The position numbers were made by a program, and so were the translations under genes. The notes beneath the pieces were generated by a model. It saw nothing but the letters and a program-made list of their open reading frames with translations, searched no databases and had not been told where the DNA came from. Shown here piece after piece: positions 51,590 through 64,000 of a stretch of 64,000 nt of DNA. This DNA comes from Nemertoderma westbladi (taxonomy: Eukaryota; Animalia; Xenacoelomorpha), in contig JAUCBJ010007055.1 of NCBI GenBank assembly GCA_032718475.1, forward strand, positions 5,385 to 69,384, written 5' to 3'. Each line of letters opens with the position of its first letter. Positions within the stretch are counted from its first letter, which is position 1.

Positions 51590-53589
51590 TAACAACTACG
51601 ATTTATAAAAAATATACTATCCGATTGAATAACAAGTAATTAAATTAAAATGAAAAAGGAAATATAATTTTATAATTAAACAAGTCCACAATATTTCATT
51701 CCATGATAATTGGCAATAAGTCACTAAACGTTATTAAAATAAAAGCCTATTGATTGAATCCTATTAGAATTGTAAGTAAGGAAACTAACTTGTAAATATT
51801 AAACCTGGATCCATTGCGGATCATTACGGTGAATGATGGACGACATATATTTACAAACCAGTCTTGGATCGGGAATCATTGCCAGAACGTGAAATGAAAC
51901 TTTTATAGAGCGGCGGGGTCAATTTCCCCCAGGGACTGAGTTTATGGTAGAAATAAAATGGGATAATATAGGGAAATCCTTACTGAATTTCGTTTAAACG
52001 AAGCAGTAGGCTAGGCCTAATGGATGAGAGGGTAGGGTAGGTCATAGAAAAACTCATAATTAATTTTATTGAACTAATATAGCCACCGGGGCGTCAAGCC
52101 GGGAGTTAATTGATATTAAAAAATTAATCGCCAGACAGGCGTTTTCTAAACTGAATAATTGAACTGTAACAAAACATTTAATATTTAAATACTAACTTAT
52201 TGATTTTTGCATTAAATTTATGGTGTCACTCGTCTGCACTACTGCACTGAGATTAACATTGAACTTACCGCTTCACGCGTCTGATGCTGATTACTGTAAA
52301 GATTTTCGTCTAATTTTGTCGATGCGGAATAAAAGTAACAGGATGGGAAATTAGACATATCAACGTCGGGCTGACAGACAGATACACCAACCATACAAAC
52401 AGTACAACCAAAAACTAATTAAAGAGACGGGGATTTTCTCAACAGTTGGATCGCCCACATTGCTGCATGGTGAATCTGTCAGTCGCCAGTCGGTCGATTT
52501 GTCAAATTATTTTGCCAATAACGTTTTACGTCGAGGAAAGAAAGGAGATGGAACGTATTTCGTGTAGGCCTACCACCAGTTTTCCTCTCATAAAGTTTAA
52601 GTTAACAAATGGATAAAGCGTCTGACCACTGCTGTACTGTAATCATTAACAAGATAATATAGCTGACACACCTCTCCCACTCCTACAAATAAACATGAAA
52701 TGGGTATAATTGCGGTATTGCTTTGTTATACAGTGTATCCTCTCAGCTACAGATAAGGAAAGTTCATAGTACAGTACATTTAATTCAGTCAAACTCAACA
52801 TGTTATGGAACAGTGTTGGGTGTGCAATTATGGCGCGATGTAGTAAATAATGTGAGGTCGTAGGCCTGCCATAAAGTGTACTCAACTGTCTGCGCAAGCT
52901 ATCTGGTTATCCGCACCTGAATGAAGTTCGTTGAAATTAAAGGGATAATTGGACGTGAGGTAATTAATTATAATTTTATTTTATGCATCATAACTTATAT
53001 ATAATTTCTTCGATTGCAGTTACAGAGCAGCAAAAACAATATAATTGAAAAGAGCGGTAAAATTAAAGAAGAGCTAACCAAAAATCTGCAAAACCTCATC
53101 AGATGAACATGTTTAACAGCTCATTCAATCATTATATTTCTATTTATCATTATACTGTAATGTTATTGTGAAATATTGTCCACTGTTATGCGTTGGGGTT
53201 GCTGTGTGATAATATACTAATACATTAGTGTATTATTTTTTATTCCATGAAAGTGAAGTGAAACAAATTACAAACAAAACATTGTTCTAGAACACATTCG
53301 TTATTGTGTAAAATAAACAATACCCTCAGAGTTTTTATGAATGTGACAAAAATGTGAAAGACCCAAAGAACATCAACTTGAAACCGCAACCTACAACTAA
53401 TTGGTAAAACCAAATCAAGTCAAACCAAACCACCATCCATGAATAAGTCTTTACCATACCTAAATACGTCCCCCGGCCCGCCCAAGCCAACCAACCCCAC
53501 CCCAACCCCAACCCCTAATTAGCGCCACCACCCACCCCAACCCCCTAATTAGTTCCACCACCCATCCCATTAAAACCCCTTGGCGTTCA

Positions 53590-55131
53590 GGATGTATCTG
53601 TTGCGTCCCTATGAAGGGCTCCAGTAGAATCTGTTACATCGCGTCCCTATTAAGGGCTCCAGGAGTAACTGTTACATCGCGTCCCCATGAAGGGCTCCAG
53701 GAGTAACTGTTACATCGCGTCCCCATGAAGGGCTCCATCAGTAACTGTTACATCGCGTCTCTATGAAGGGCTCCAGGAGTAACTGTTCAGGCTTCCCCAT
53801 GAAGGGCTCCAGGAGTAACTGTTACATCGCGTCCCTATGAAGGGCTCCAGGAGTAACTGTTACATCGCGTCCCCATGAAGGGCTCCATCAGTAACTGTTA
53901 CATCGCGTCCCTATGAAGGGCTCCAGGAGTAACTGTTACATCACGTCCCTATGAAGGGCTCCATCAGTAACTGTTACATCGCGTCCCTATGAAGGGCTCC
54001 AGGAGTAACTGTTCAGGCTTCCCCATGAAGGGCTCCAGGAGTAATTGTTACATCGCGTCCCTATGAAGGGCTCCATCAGTAACTGTCACATTGCATCCCT
54101 ATGAAGGGCTTAGCTCAGAAGTAACTGTTACATCGCGTCCCTATGAAGGGCTCCATCAGTAACTGTCACATTGCATCCCTATGAAGGGCTTAGCTCAGAA
54201 GTAACTGTTACATCGCGTCCCTATGAAGGGCTCCAGGAGTAACTGTTACATCACGTCCCTATGAAGGGCTCCATCAGTAACTGTTACATCGCGTCCCTAT
54301 GAAGGGCTCCAGGAGTAACTGTTCAGGCTTCCCCATGAAGGGCTCCAGGAGTAATTGTTACATCGCGTCCCGATGAAGGGCTCCATCAGTAACTGTCACA
54401 TTGCATCCCTATGAAGGGCTTAGCTCAGAAGTAACTGTTACATCGCGTCCCTATGAAGGGCTCCAGGAGTAACTGTTACATCACGTCCCTATGAATGGCT
54501 CCATCAGTAACTGTTACATCGCGTCCCTATGAAGGGCTCCAGGAGTAACTGTTCTGGCGTCCCCATGAAGGGCTCCAGGAGTAATTGTTACATCGCATCC
54601 CTATGAAGGGCTCCAGGAGTAACTGTTACATCGCGTCTCTATGAAGGGCTCCAGGAGTAACTGTTCAGGCGTCCCCATGAAGGGCTCCAGGAGTAATTGT
54701 TGCATCGCATCCCTCTGAAGGGCTCCCTGAGTAACTTTTACATCGCGTCCCTATGAAGTGCTCCAGGAGTAAATATTACATCGCGTCCCCATGAAGGCCT
54801 CCAGGAGTAACTGTTACATCGCGTCCCTATGAAGGGCTCCATCAGTAACTGTTACATCGCGTCTCTATGAAGGGCTTCAGGAGTAACTGTTACATCGCGT
54901 CGCTATGAAGGGCTCCAGGAGTAACTGTTACATCGCGTCCCTATGAAGGGCTCCAGGAGTAATTGTTACATCGCGTCCCTATGAAGGCCTCCAGGAGTAA
55001 ATGTTACATCGCGTCCCTATGAAGGGTTCCAGGAGTAACTGTTACATCGCGTCCCTAGGAAGGGCTCCAGGAGTGACTGTTACATCGCGTCCATATAAAG
55101 GGCTCCAGGAGTAACTGTTACATTGCTGTTA
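53590..55131. repeat. 38-bp minisatellite, about 40 copies
   Basis: Unit GTTACATCGCGTCCCTATGAAGGGCTCCAGGAGTAACT (for example 53671 and 53709), head-to-tail with recurring variants. Confidence 0.97.
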
Positions 55132-55237
55132 CTTTAAGATGCGTCTCAAGACCAGACAGAAGATGGGCTGTCCACCATGCTTATTCACTCCATGAGGCTG
55201 TCAAAGTACAAGATTATGCACTGGCTGGTCCTCACGG
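55132..55237 (-). mobile_element. Internal RTE fragment abutting the 38-bp minisatellite
   Basis: TTTAAGATGCGTCTCAAGA...ATGGGCTGTCCACCATGCTTATTCACTCCATGAGGCTG...GGTCCTCACGG matches about 56956-57054. Confidence 0.85.
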
Positions 55238-56816
55238 ACCCACGGACCCAAAAATTCCACATGTTCATAAAATCAATTTGTTTTCGTGGTGATTTTTCAT
55301 TTTCATATTTCCTTTACTTGTTTTTTTCGTGCTCCAGGGGCACAAATATCTGACTAATAACTAATATAACAACATGCCTATGTTGTTATATTACACAACT
55401 CTTCGATATGTTTGACATAGAGGAATAAACCTTCCCAATGAAATCAGCACATTCTAAAACCTCAGTAGCCAAACTGTATGGCCAATTTACTGTATCAACT
55501 GTATGGCCAATATGTGCTACTTGCACATTTGGTGCTCTTTTAGTATATATTTATAAAAAAAAATGAAAATTTTGCATCTAATCTTGCTTTCGATTACTAA
55601 TAATGAATTAAACAAACAAAAAAAAGCATTGTATGGTTTCATGGTTATACCAAAGTCTTTGAAGTGTGATGTATTTTGTGTAATTTTATCATTTCCAAAA
55701 TGTGCTGAATATGGTATGGGTGCTAAGAACTGCTCATATATCTCGAAATCTAATGGAGTTATTAAATTATTATTTCTCTCCTCTGAAAGAGGACATAATT
55801 TTAGTTAAGGACAAGTACTTTCGACGTGCTAGACGTATTGTTTCTGGGATTATATCTAAGAGAAAATAACTGGCCCACAAAATTTAGGGGCTTTGCAGCA
55901 GCTTGGCGGGTCGTATCTATAGTAGGTCATGGAATCAATATCAAACCCTCCCTCGACTGGATTTACCGACATCAGGATCCCTGGTCGATCCCAGAGCGAG
56001 CTCGATTGAACCGAGAAGGTAGATATTATCAGCTAAGGACATGTACCGGGTGTTCCATACAATCATTATGGAACACCCGGTACAAGAATCGTGGAGGGAT
56101 TTCGAACTACGTAGACCCTTACAAAATCTACTCACAGTGATATTTGAAGAATGATAAAGGCCATCAATGTATATCCGGCACTTATTTTTTGCCCAAACAA
56201 TAGTTAAGTCGTTATTCTCATAGAGGATCTAATTACTATTATTATTATTACTTTTATTTAATCGGACCGCAGCCCATTGTAGTATGGGCTGCGTTACGAA
56301 TAGTTACAATACTGGGCATTGTAATCTATATACTGTAATATATCTACAATACGTTACTATTCTGGGCTACGAAGCCCAGTTAGTATAGTAACAAACTATA
56401 GAATATATGGAACCGAACTGCCAGTTAGTTACCGGTAATCATTTTATTGATCATTGTTATATAAATATTTATATTATGTATTTTTGTCGCTAATTTGTAG
56501 ATAGTGTGTTCAAACATAATCAATATAAAAGGCCACTCTGTGCATTGTAATCTATCTATTTAATAAGAAAATATTTGGTTCTCTCAAAAAAATTGTATTG
56601 ACTTCTTGGTAGACTATGTTATCATCACCCATGGATTCATTCTCTGTTTAGCTTGGCAAGGGTAGCCATTCTGGGGATCAGTCTAGTCTACCTCATCCCA
56701 AGACAATATGAATGAATACCTGATTGTCTGGTAGCTGAAATAGTGAAATACGATTGGCAAATATCCACTGGAGTATGCACGGTCCATTTTACTGGAGATA
56801 TAAAGTTTAGCGGTAA

Positions 56817-59640
56817 ACTACTACTAGGATCGGCATGCTGCATTGTAGCTACATTTTAAGAATGCTGTGCCGGCTTGTCGACAAAATTGCGCCGCCACAA
56901 CTCCCTATCACCCGAGACATTTGCTAGATCATCCGCATCTTCAAGGCCAGTGTCCTTTAAGATGCGTCTCAAGAAAGTCATGGGCTGTCCACCATGCTTA
57001 TTCACTCCATGAGGCTGCCAAAGCACAAGATTATGCACTGGTTGGTCCTCACGGCGAAAGCAATGTCCTGCAAATCGGAGGCGACTTTGTTCTAGTGTCA
57101 AGCTTGAGGGAACCAATGAGACACCTCCAATGTTATATAGTGCCTGGTTGGAGATGTGTGCATTGTACTTGACACAATGAACCCGGCGTAGCATTCTTGT
57201 GAATGTGCCATACAAAATTTGGTGTCCTCAGCAGCTAGAGCCCAGCATGGACTCCCATAGAGGAGTACTGGAACTACTGCTGCTTTAAATAATAGGACCT
57301 TAAGTTTCTGATTAATGCTCTGTTATTTCCAAATCCTGGAAAGCCTATTCAAGGCTGCCCATGCCTTTCCCTTACGTATGCGAAGGTCCTCGCCTGACTT
57401 CTGGATTCATGATCCCAGGTAACAGATGTCGTCCACATGCTCAAGTATACCATCCTTTGAGCTTATGCTCATCCGGCCAGAGACTTCCTGAGGACTTTCA
57501 AAGTTAACTGTCAAAATTGTGGTCTTTTTGGAGTTATTAATAAGACCAACACTAGACGCAGCCTGTTCTAATGAGCTGAGGAGCCGTTGGGCTCCCTCTA
57601 GTGATTCTGAGAGTACTCCTGAGTCATCAGCAAAGTCTAGATCAGTCAGGTACTTGGCAGGATTTCCTCGACTTCTGGAGCCAGTAGGTGGAGTTACCAT
57701 CACTCCATCATCATTATGATGATCTAAGGACATACGTAGAACATAGTCAACCACAATTATGAACAAGAATGGCGCAAGTGTGTCTCCTTGGAGGACTCCC
57801 CATAATACTTTAAATGGTTCTTTGTCACCATCAACAGTAGACACAAATGTTGTCGAACCATCGTATACTGATCTGTTTGCTGCAATAATTTCATCAGGAA
57901 TCCCATATAATGAAAGTATGTTGAACATACGTGAGCGAGAGACTGAATCAAATGTCTTGAATAAGTCAACAAAGATAACAGCCAGATGCCTGTCTTTCTT
58001 TTTTGATAACTCTTCAATTATCCTTCTAAGTGCTTATTTGTTTTCATTTCTTGTGGGACTCTTGTTGTTCTGTGAATGTCTACTATGATGGGATAGATGA
58101 TCTTTAAACACTCAGGTATTTTAAAGACCTCAAGGGGAACACCATCTACTCCACTGACACTATTGGTCTTAATGCTCTTTGCAGCAGCCTTCACTTCTGC
58201 AAAGGAGATATCGCCAATGGGAATATCTGGGAGTACAGACTCAGACACCTTTTACTTTACTTCTATAAAGTTATCAGGCAATACCCTGTCATTATTGAGG
58301 AGCTTTTCAAAGTGGGCCTTCCAACCATTGAGACGATCAGCTGGTGATTCTGCCTTAACCTTGGTAGTTGGTTGGCTTTTCCGCCCAGTAAGTAAGTTGA
58401 TAGATTTCCATGCCTGGGATGATTGCCTACTGTTGTCAGCATCATTGATGGCATCAACCTGTTGGTTTATGACCTCCTGCAGATTAACAGAGTACTGCCT
58501 TTTCAGGGACCTAGATGCAGCCTTAACTGCATTCTTGGCCGCTGTAATCTGTTTGAGTAGGGACTCTTTCTGTGCCTTATAGAGGTCATTTCGGCACTTC
58601 TGAATTTTGTGGTCAGTCTAGGGGGCCTTTTTCCTGATTCGAGGGTATACAGGAACTGTTTCTGCAGCTGTTAACTTAACTGCTTCTGTGAAGGCAGTAT
58701 AGCCATCGCAGTGATCTGCTGCCTCAGAGGCAAGAACCTCATACCTGTTGCTCAGCTGTAGTGTGAAGCTGGATCTCACACTTGGCTGTTGCACCAGAGA
58801 GGACCAGTCATGCCGCGGCAAGGCAGATTTCGTTGTTCTGCTAGCACGCAGACTAAGTCTTACCTTGGCCATAATAAGGCGCTAATTACTGGGGAGGGGT
58901 CGAAGTGTAAATGCATTACAGTCTTGTATATAGCTCCTGTATTTCCTACGAAACAGAATATGGTCTATCTGGGACTTGTGACTACTGGGTCCACTATGAG
59001 TCCGTAGCTTTCCAGTTCGCTTCTTGAACTGGGTTACAGCCGAAAACAGTCCATTTCCAGAGATAAAATCCTGAAGATGGACAGAATTTCGGTTAACACT
59101 ATTGCTATAGACCCAGGGCGATGTAGGTGATTGATGCAGACTTGCATTAAAGTCTCCCAGGAATGTTAAGAATGCATGCTGATCCACTCCATCAGTAGCT
59201 GCTTGTAGATTGTGGTAGAAATTTTCCACCTCCTTTACAGGGGCAACACTAGTTGGAGAGTAGCAACAATCAGAACCACCTTAGGAAACTTCTTAGCCAG
59301 TCTTCCAGAACATGAGAAGTGGCAACGGATGATGCGGTTAGAGATTTGGTCTATTTTGTCCAATGCTGCATTTGCAGTTGGATTCATCAATAGACCAATT
59401 CCACCATTGCCACTATCATCTGCTGACGGGGGGCGAGTCGCCAACCGCCCCCCATGTCCTTAATCAGAACCTCATCAGTCTGTCCAGTCTGCATTCGGTG
59501 CTCTTGAACACCCACTGCGCTAAGAGAAAGCTTATCTGACAAGACAGTCAGCTCACCTTGTCGCATTGGGGACCCAAGTGTTAGGGTGTTTACTGAGGCT
59601 AGTCTAGGTAAAGGGGATCTTTGCAAAGTGACTCATGTAG
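56817..59640 (-). mobile_element. Degenerate near-full-length RTE-clade LINE (APE + RT)
   Basis: APE motifs VNTLTL, GVQEHR, GIGLL, LGDFNA, QIDHIL; RT motifs GVLQGDTLAPFLF, DFADD, YLGS; C-terminal RLRFAGHC. Several frameshifts and stops plus an RT deletion near 58050; (TAG)n tail. Confidence 0.93.
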
Positions 59641-60216
59641 CTTTATCTCTAATTAGCCTTATAATTAATTAGCAGTCATACACAAACGGCCACGTTTCTG
59701 TATGAGTTTTCTGTAATGTAACCTGTAAACTATTTATATTTCTCAAGTATTCTACACTCAGTCCGTACTCGTTACTTTATAATGCTCGACGTGACTCAGC
59801 TGAATTTAAATGTTCTAAATAATTTCGATTTCGGACCGTTTTTTATTTGTTGTTGCCAATTATTATTAAAAACTTTTGTTTTTGCCTGACTATTCTAAAA
59901 GTAATAATAATTTTTAGTAGGCTGAGTTTCTTGCGTGACAGGCAGACAGGACAATTGCCCCCCCCCCCCCCCCCCCCCCCCCACCACCCCGGACAATTGC
60001 CCTCCAACGACACTGACCCACCAAACAATAAATTGCCCCCGGGGATAATTGCAAAATTAATTAGGTCGCCCTTCGTCTATCGCCTGTTGCATCATTATCG
60101 CAATCGATTCACTAGGATATTTTTCAGTGGGTAGCACCGCATTGCTCAACGCCCGAAACTGTGCCGTTTATTAATTGAAAAAGTCGTTTCTTAAGCCATC
60201 ATATGCAATAAATATG

Positions 60217-60234
60217 TAGCGCCATCTAGTGGCA
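60217..60234 (-). promoter_or_regulatory. CTCF-like consensus site
   Basis: TGCCACTAGATGGCGCTA closely fits the CCASYAGRKGGCRS consensus; function unverified. Confidence 0.35.
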
Positions 60235-60802
60235 CGCAATAAAATTTTGCAATATCAATATAGTAGGTCACTGTCTGTATATCATTTGGGTTCCCATACA
60301 GGATCGATTCCCTAAAACATGTCATTATGTCCTGCATATGCCAGCAGCAGCAGCGTTAGGCCGGAGCCTTCTAGAAACTGCTGCACTGCTGAGTATACTC
60401 AAAAAAATACTCGAGCTACTCGACGCCATTGCAAGTCTCATTCATTGCGCTCGTCCTGTACATATCGATCGTCATACAAACGTGTAGCTTAGAAAAATCA
60501 AACAATAGGATCAAAATGTGGTATATTGTTTTCAATAATATTAGTAACCAGTAGTGGTTTCTAGGAATATAGTCAACACAGTACTCAACGCAGGTTCGTT
60601 CCTATTAATTTAATTAACAATATTGTATTGGGATGAATAACTTCATCCATTCATCCCATTCTGAATATTCTAGGGATTTAGTACACCAAATAATAATAAC
60701 TACTATGATCGCCAAGAAGATACCTGATTGGCTGGTATGGTGGTATGAAATAGTAAGTGATGACGTATGTTATCACTGTATGTAATCCTTTACTTTATGA
60801 AT

Positions 60803-61260
60803 GTGGGGCGAGCCACGAAGTGAGTGAGCCTTAGCGTAGTGGTACCATTAATCAACCTGTCGTTCTGTCGTTCTGTCGTTCTGTCGTTCTGTCGTGTTCA
60901 ATTTTAAACGTTAATAACTCGGCCAATCTTTGATGAAATCTATCCAAACTTGGTACACATGTTGTTTGGCAAAAGTTTAGAAATTTTCCAAGTAGAATTT
61001 CCGTGTGGCCTTCGAGAAGCTAAGATAATAGCAGTTAATTAGTTAATTAAGTTATTACGGTAAAAACACCATTTTCAACCTGCCTTTTAAAGGAAATTAA
61101 TTGTTTTACAGTATAAGATTTAAATAATTATAATTAAAAATTATACAGATGTAATCCACATACGCCATTCTATTATAGTTTTTAATTAGTTCAAGTGATT
61201 TGCTTTAATAATTGTGTCTTTAATTGATCTAAAGTAATTAAAACGGCAAAAAAAATTTAT
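60803..61260 (+). mobile_element. HINE-like element with (GTCGTTCT)n microsatellite
   Basis: End motif GTGGGGCGAGCCAC, with reverse-complement relatives at about 14727 and 24707, followed by a microsatellite and a TAACTC...AAACTTGGTACACATG body. Right boundary approximate. Confidence 0.6.
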
Positions 61261-62881
61261 TCTCATTAAATACTGCTCATTTATTGGCCAACATGCTGGT
61301 ACATAGATGGGATGTGTGTGTCATTCCCAGTTGCTGGGAATGATTATTGGTCAAGTCTCTGCTGCTGGCTGGGAGTTGTTGCTAAGACTAACTAGAGAGG
61401 AATAGTAATAGACAACCAGTATTGCTATTCCAGCCCAGACAGCATTCTTTAAATTCACTATAAATGTTGTATTGCTATCTCAGGTGAATGACAGATATCA
61501 TAACATAAATACTATCCATGGCATGGCTGTTGTGTAGGCTTCTGAAATAGTTTATTCCACAATGTATATGTCTGGTTATTTTTTAATTGAATTTTTGCAA
61601 AGTAGTAAAATTAATGTTCTTAAAAATAATATTATTATTTTATATGTAACCTAGGAAATTAGCTACATTTTTTCGCTGCAGCTTTAAGAGTGTACATTAA
61701 TTTAATATTATTTCAATACCCATATTACTACATCGGCATAAGATGCGTTGGCGTTGTATCACACATCTCCACATATCACACATATCCACATAGATGTATC
61801 AACAGTTACTCGCACAGTTTCGAAACTTCGCATAGTTATAACTGTATAAAGATCGTCAGTCTGCGTTTAGGAAAAATATTTTATAACAAAACAGGACAAG
61901 CGACGAGCGCAACGAGGCATATAATGAAGACGAGTACTGCGTTGACTAAATTATTATATAAACCACCTGGCTTCACATATTGATCGCATCCCTAGTTATT
62001 ATTATTATAAAGAACGTCCTAGCCTGCGTTTAAGAAATATATTTAAATACAAAACAGGACGAACGCAACGAGGCTTATAATGAATACGAGTACTGCGTTT
62101 ATTATATTCCTATAAACCACCTGGCTTTGCATATTGAACGTGCGATTGGAAATAAGTTCGTGCTACCCTTCCGTGGGTGGTAGATGTCGCGGTTATGTAT
62201 TGGTGGTTGGGAAGGGTGGGGGGGGGGGGGATTAAAAGGGGTGAACACGTACTGTCCCCTTTCTTTGATTGATTGGTGGTGTGGGTAAATTTCTCAAAAC
62301 CTGATTTTGTGATACAGTCGCTCAATTTTAATTTGTATCTCATAACTGGGCCTCGTGCTGCGCGAAGGCCCCACGAACGTGTACCAGCCCATGTCATTGG
62401 AGGAATCATAGTGTTGATAAAGTAGAGAAGAAACAGGGATATTTGCATGACGAGACGATGACTCACTGCCGTTTGTATATAAGACACGGTAAAACACGTT
62501 TATGATAAGGACTTATGGAAATGTACAGAGGTCGTATCGTATGCACCAGATTAGATTATACATGATCATGGATTACTATGAGTTCGATCTACTACAGTTA
62601 AAATAGTAATTCCTCCATAATGCTATATAGCATTTCATGTTGCCTCAGAAAACCTGACCTGACTAATTTCAAACTGTCTATATAATCATTTTAGCAAAAT
62701 TAATATTTTAGCAGATAGATACAATTGCTAACTGTATGATTTATAGTCACGCTCATGTTTACCGGTAATATTGGCAATGGCTTTGAATATCCAGTACTCC
62801 ATTCCCCAGAAACACTCAGGGATTGTCAAGAATCGTATACGTGAGGAAAAAGAACAATCGATATGTGAGTTCAGGGCATAA

Positions 62882-64000
62882 ATGGTACTCTGTGATGTGG
62901 TGATAATCGTAAATAATCACCGAATATATGCTCACAAAGTGATTCTCGCAGCGATGAGCGACTACTTCCAGGCCATGTTCACCAATAACTTTATAGAATC
63001 CCAACAAAACGAGATTGAACTCAATGACATAGATGAGCACATAATGGAGCAGCTGGTAAACTTTGCCTACACATCGGATATAACTGTAGGGAAAAATAAT
63101 GTAGAAGCTCTGATGCGAGCTGCCTGTATGTTTCAGGTGACTGCGGTGAAGGACTTGTGCTGCGAGTTTCTAAAAAACCAACTGGACTCAGAAAACTGTA
63201 TTGGTATAAGTTCGTTTGCAAAAACCTATAGCTGCATGGACCTGGTGCGTGTTGCTGATGAATTTAAGCACCACCATTTCCTGGCAGTAATGGAGTCCGA
63301 GGAGTTTCTTATGTTACCGACAGAGCAGCTCAAAACTATTGTTAGCTGTGATGAGCTGAATGTTTCTTATGAGGCCCAAGTGTTAACGGCTGTAAAGAAT
63401 TGGGTTAGGTTCAATATTGATGAACGGTTTTGCATGTTTTACCAGTTACTGCAACACATACGTCTCAGTCCACAGTTGCTAGTGATGAAGGTGTGGGCTG
63501 ACAAAAAGATCAAAAGAGATTCTTGGTGTAAAGATATGGCAGAGGTGGTTTTCAATAGATACCAGCAGTGGCAGCAGGGTGGCTGTTTCATGCTGGACAA
63601 TAATACTTGGATGGGGATGCAACCCCGCAAACCTCATCAGGAGCTTATGCTCGCCATTGGTGGGATGTTCAAAAAAAATGAGACGACCTCATCCGTAGAG
63701 CGATATGATCCGAAGTCGAACAAGTGGCAAACATGTTCAAATCTTATTCAACCCCGCTATGCGATAGGTGTCGCGTTGCTGGGGAGGTTTATCTATGCAG
63801 TAGGAGGCACTGATTCTAATGAAGGAGTTCTGAGCAGCATGGAGCGATACAACCTGAACAATGACCAGTGGGACAATGATGTTGCCGCAATGAACACCAG
63901 TCGGAGCGATTTCGGTGTTGCTGTAATGGATGGGTTCCTGTATGCCGTAGGAGGAGTGAATTGGAACATGGAAAACAACGATTGCATTATACATAACACT
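62882..64000 (+). CDS. Kelch-like BTB-BACK-Kelch protein (KLHL20/diablo-type), intronless so far, runs off the right edge; absent from the ORF track
   Basis: MVLCDVVIIVNNHRIYAHKVILAAMSDYFQAMFT (BTB), NCIGI...EEFLML...DELNV (BACK), LAIGG...SVERYDPKSNKW and IYAVGG/LYAVGG (Kelch). Confidence 0.9.
   Translation, partial: MVLCDVVIIVNNHRIYAHKVILAAMSDYFQAMFTNNFIESQQNEIELNDIDEHIMEQLVNFAYTSDITVGKNNVEALMRAACMFQVTAVKDLCCEFLKNQLDSENCIGISSFAKTYSCMDLVRVADEFKHHHFLAVMESEEFLMLPTEQLKTIVSCDELNVSYEAQVLTAVKNWVRFNIDERFCMFYQLLQHIRLSPQLLVMKVWADKKIKRDSWCKDMAEVVFNRYQQWQQGGCFMLDNNTWMGMQPRKPHQELMLAIGGMFKKNETTSSVERYDPKSNKWQTCSNLIQPRYAIGVALLGRFIYAVGGTDSNEGVLSSMERYNLNNDQWDNDVAAMNTSRSDFGVAVMDGFLYAVGGVNWNMENNDCIIHNT

Noticed and set aside
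53590-55131. CRISPR-like array of 38-bp repeats
   Set aside because: Units are head-to-tail with no unique spacers, there are no cas genes, and the context is eukaryotic.
62879-62881. Reassigned TAA codon (variant genetic code)
   Set aside because: TAA ends the RepHel and CRAL-TRIO copy B ORFs at expected positions, and other long exons contain no in-frame TAA.

Overview
AT-rich, repeat-dense eukaryotic DNA, probably from an invertebrate animal. No prokaryotic features, rRNA, true tRNA or CRISPR array were seen. The main feature is a spliced Helitron-type (HLE2/Helitron2-like) Rep-helicase gene on the minus strand (17223-31977). Seven exons join by hand with GT..AG boundaries and matching phases into one open frame of about 2256 aa: herpesvirus-tegument-like deubiquitinase (VTD/peptidase C76-like), a 14-aa repeat spacer, a Cys-rich DUF6570-like region, an HUH/Y2 Rep nuclease and a Pif1 helicase. 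Its introns carry other repeats while the exons stay open. Host genes: DDOST/OST48 exon 1, whose intron holds a gag-like ORF and a 208-bp satellite; an intronless LUC7L3-like gene; two intronless CRAL-TRIO-only MOSPD2-like paralogues with a near-identical first 300 bp; and a kelch-like (KLHL20/diablo-type) ORF running off the right edge. The rest is RTE and CRE non-LTR remnants, a tRNA-derived SINE, non-autonomous Helentron-like elements, hAT, piggyBac and other MITEs, a long-TIR foldback, minisatellites and a candidate minimal hammerhead ribozyme. All calls come from reading the sequence and recalling family motifs; no searches were run.
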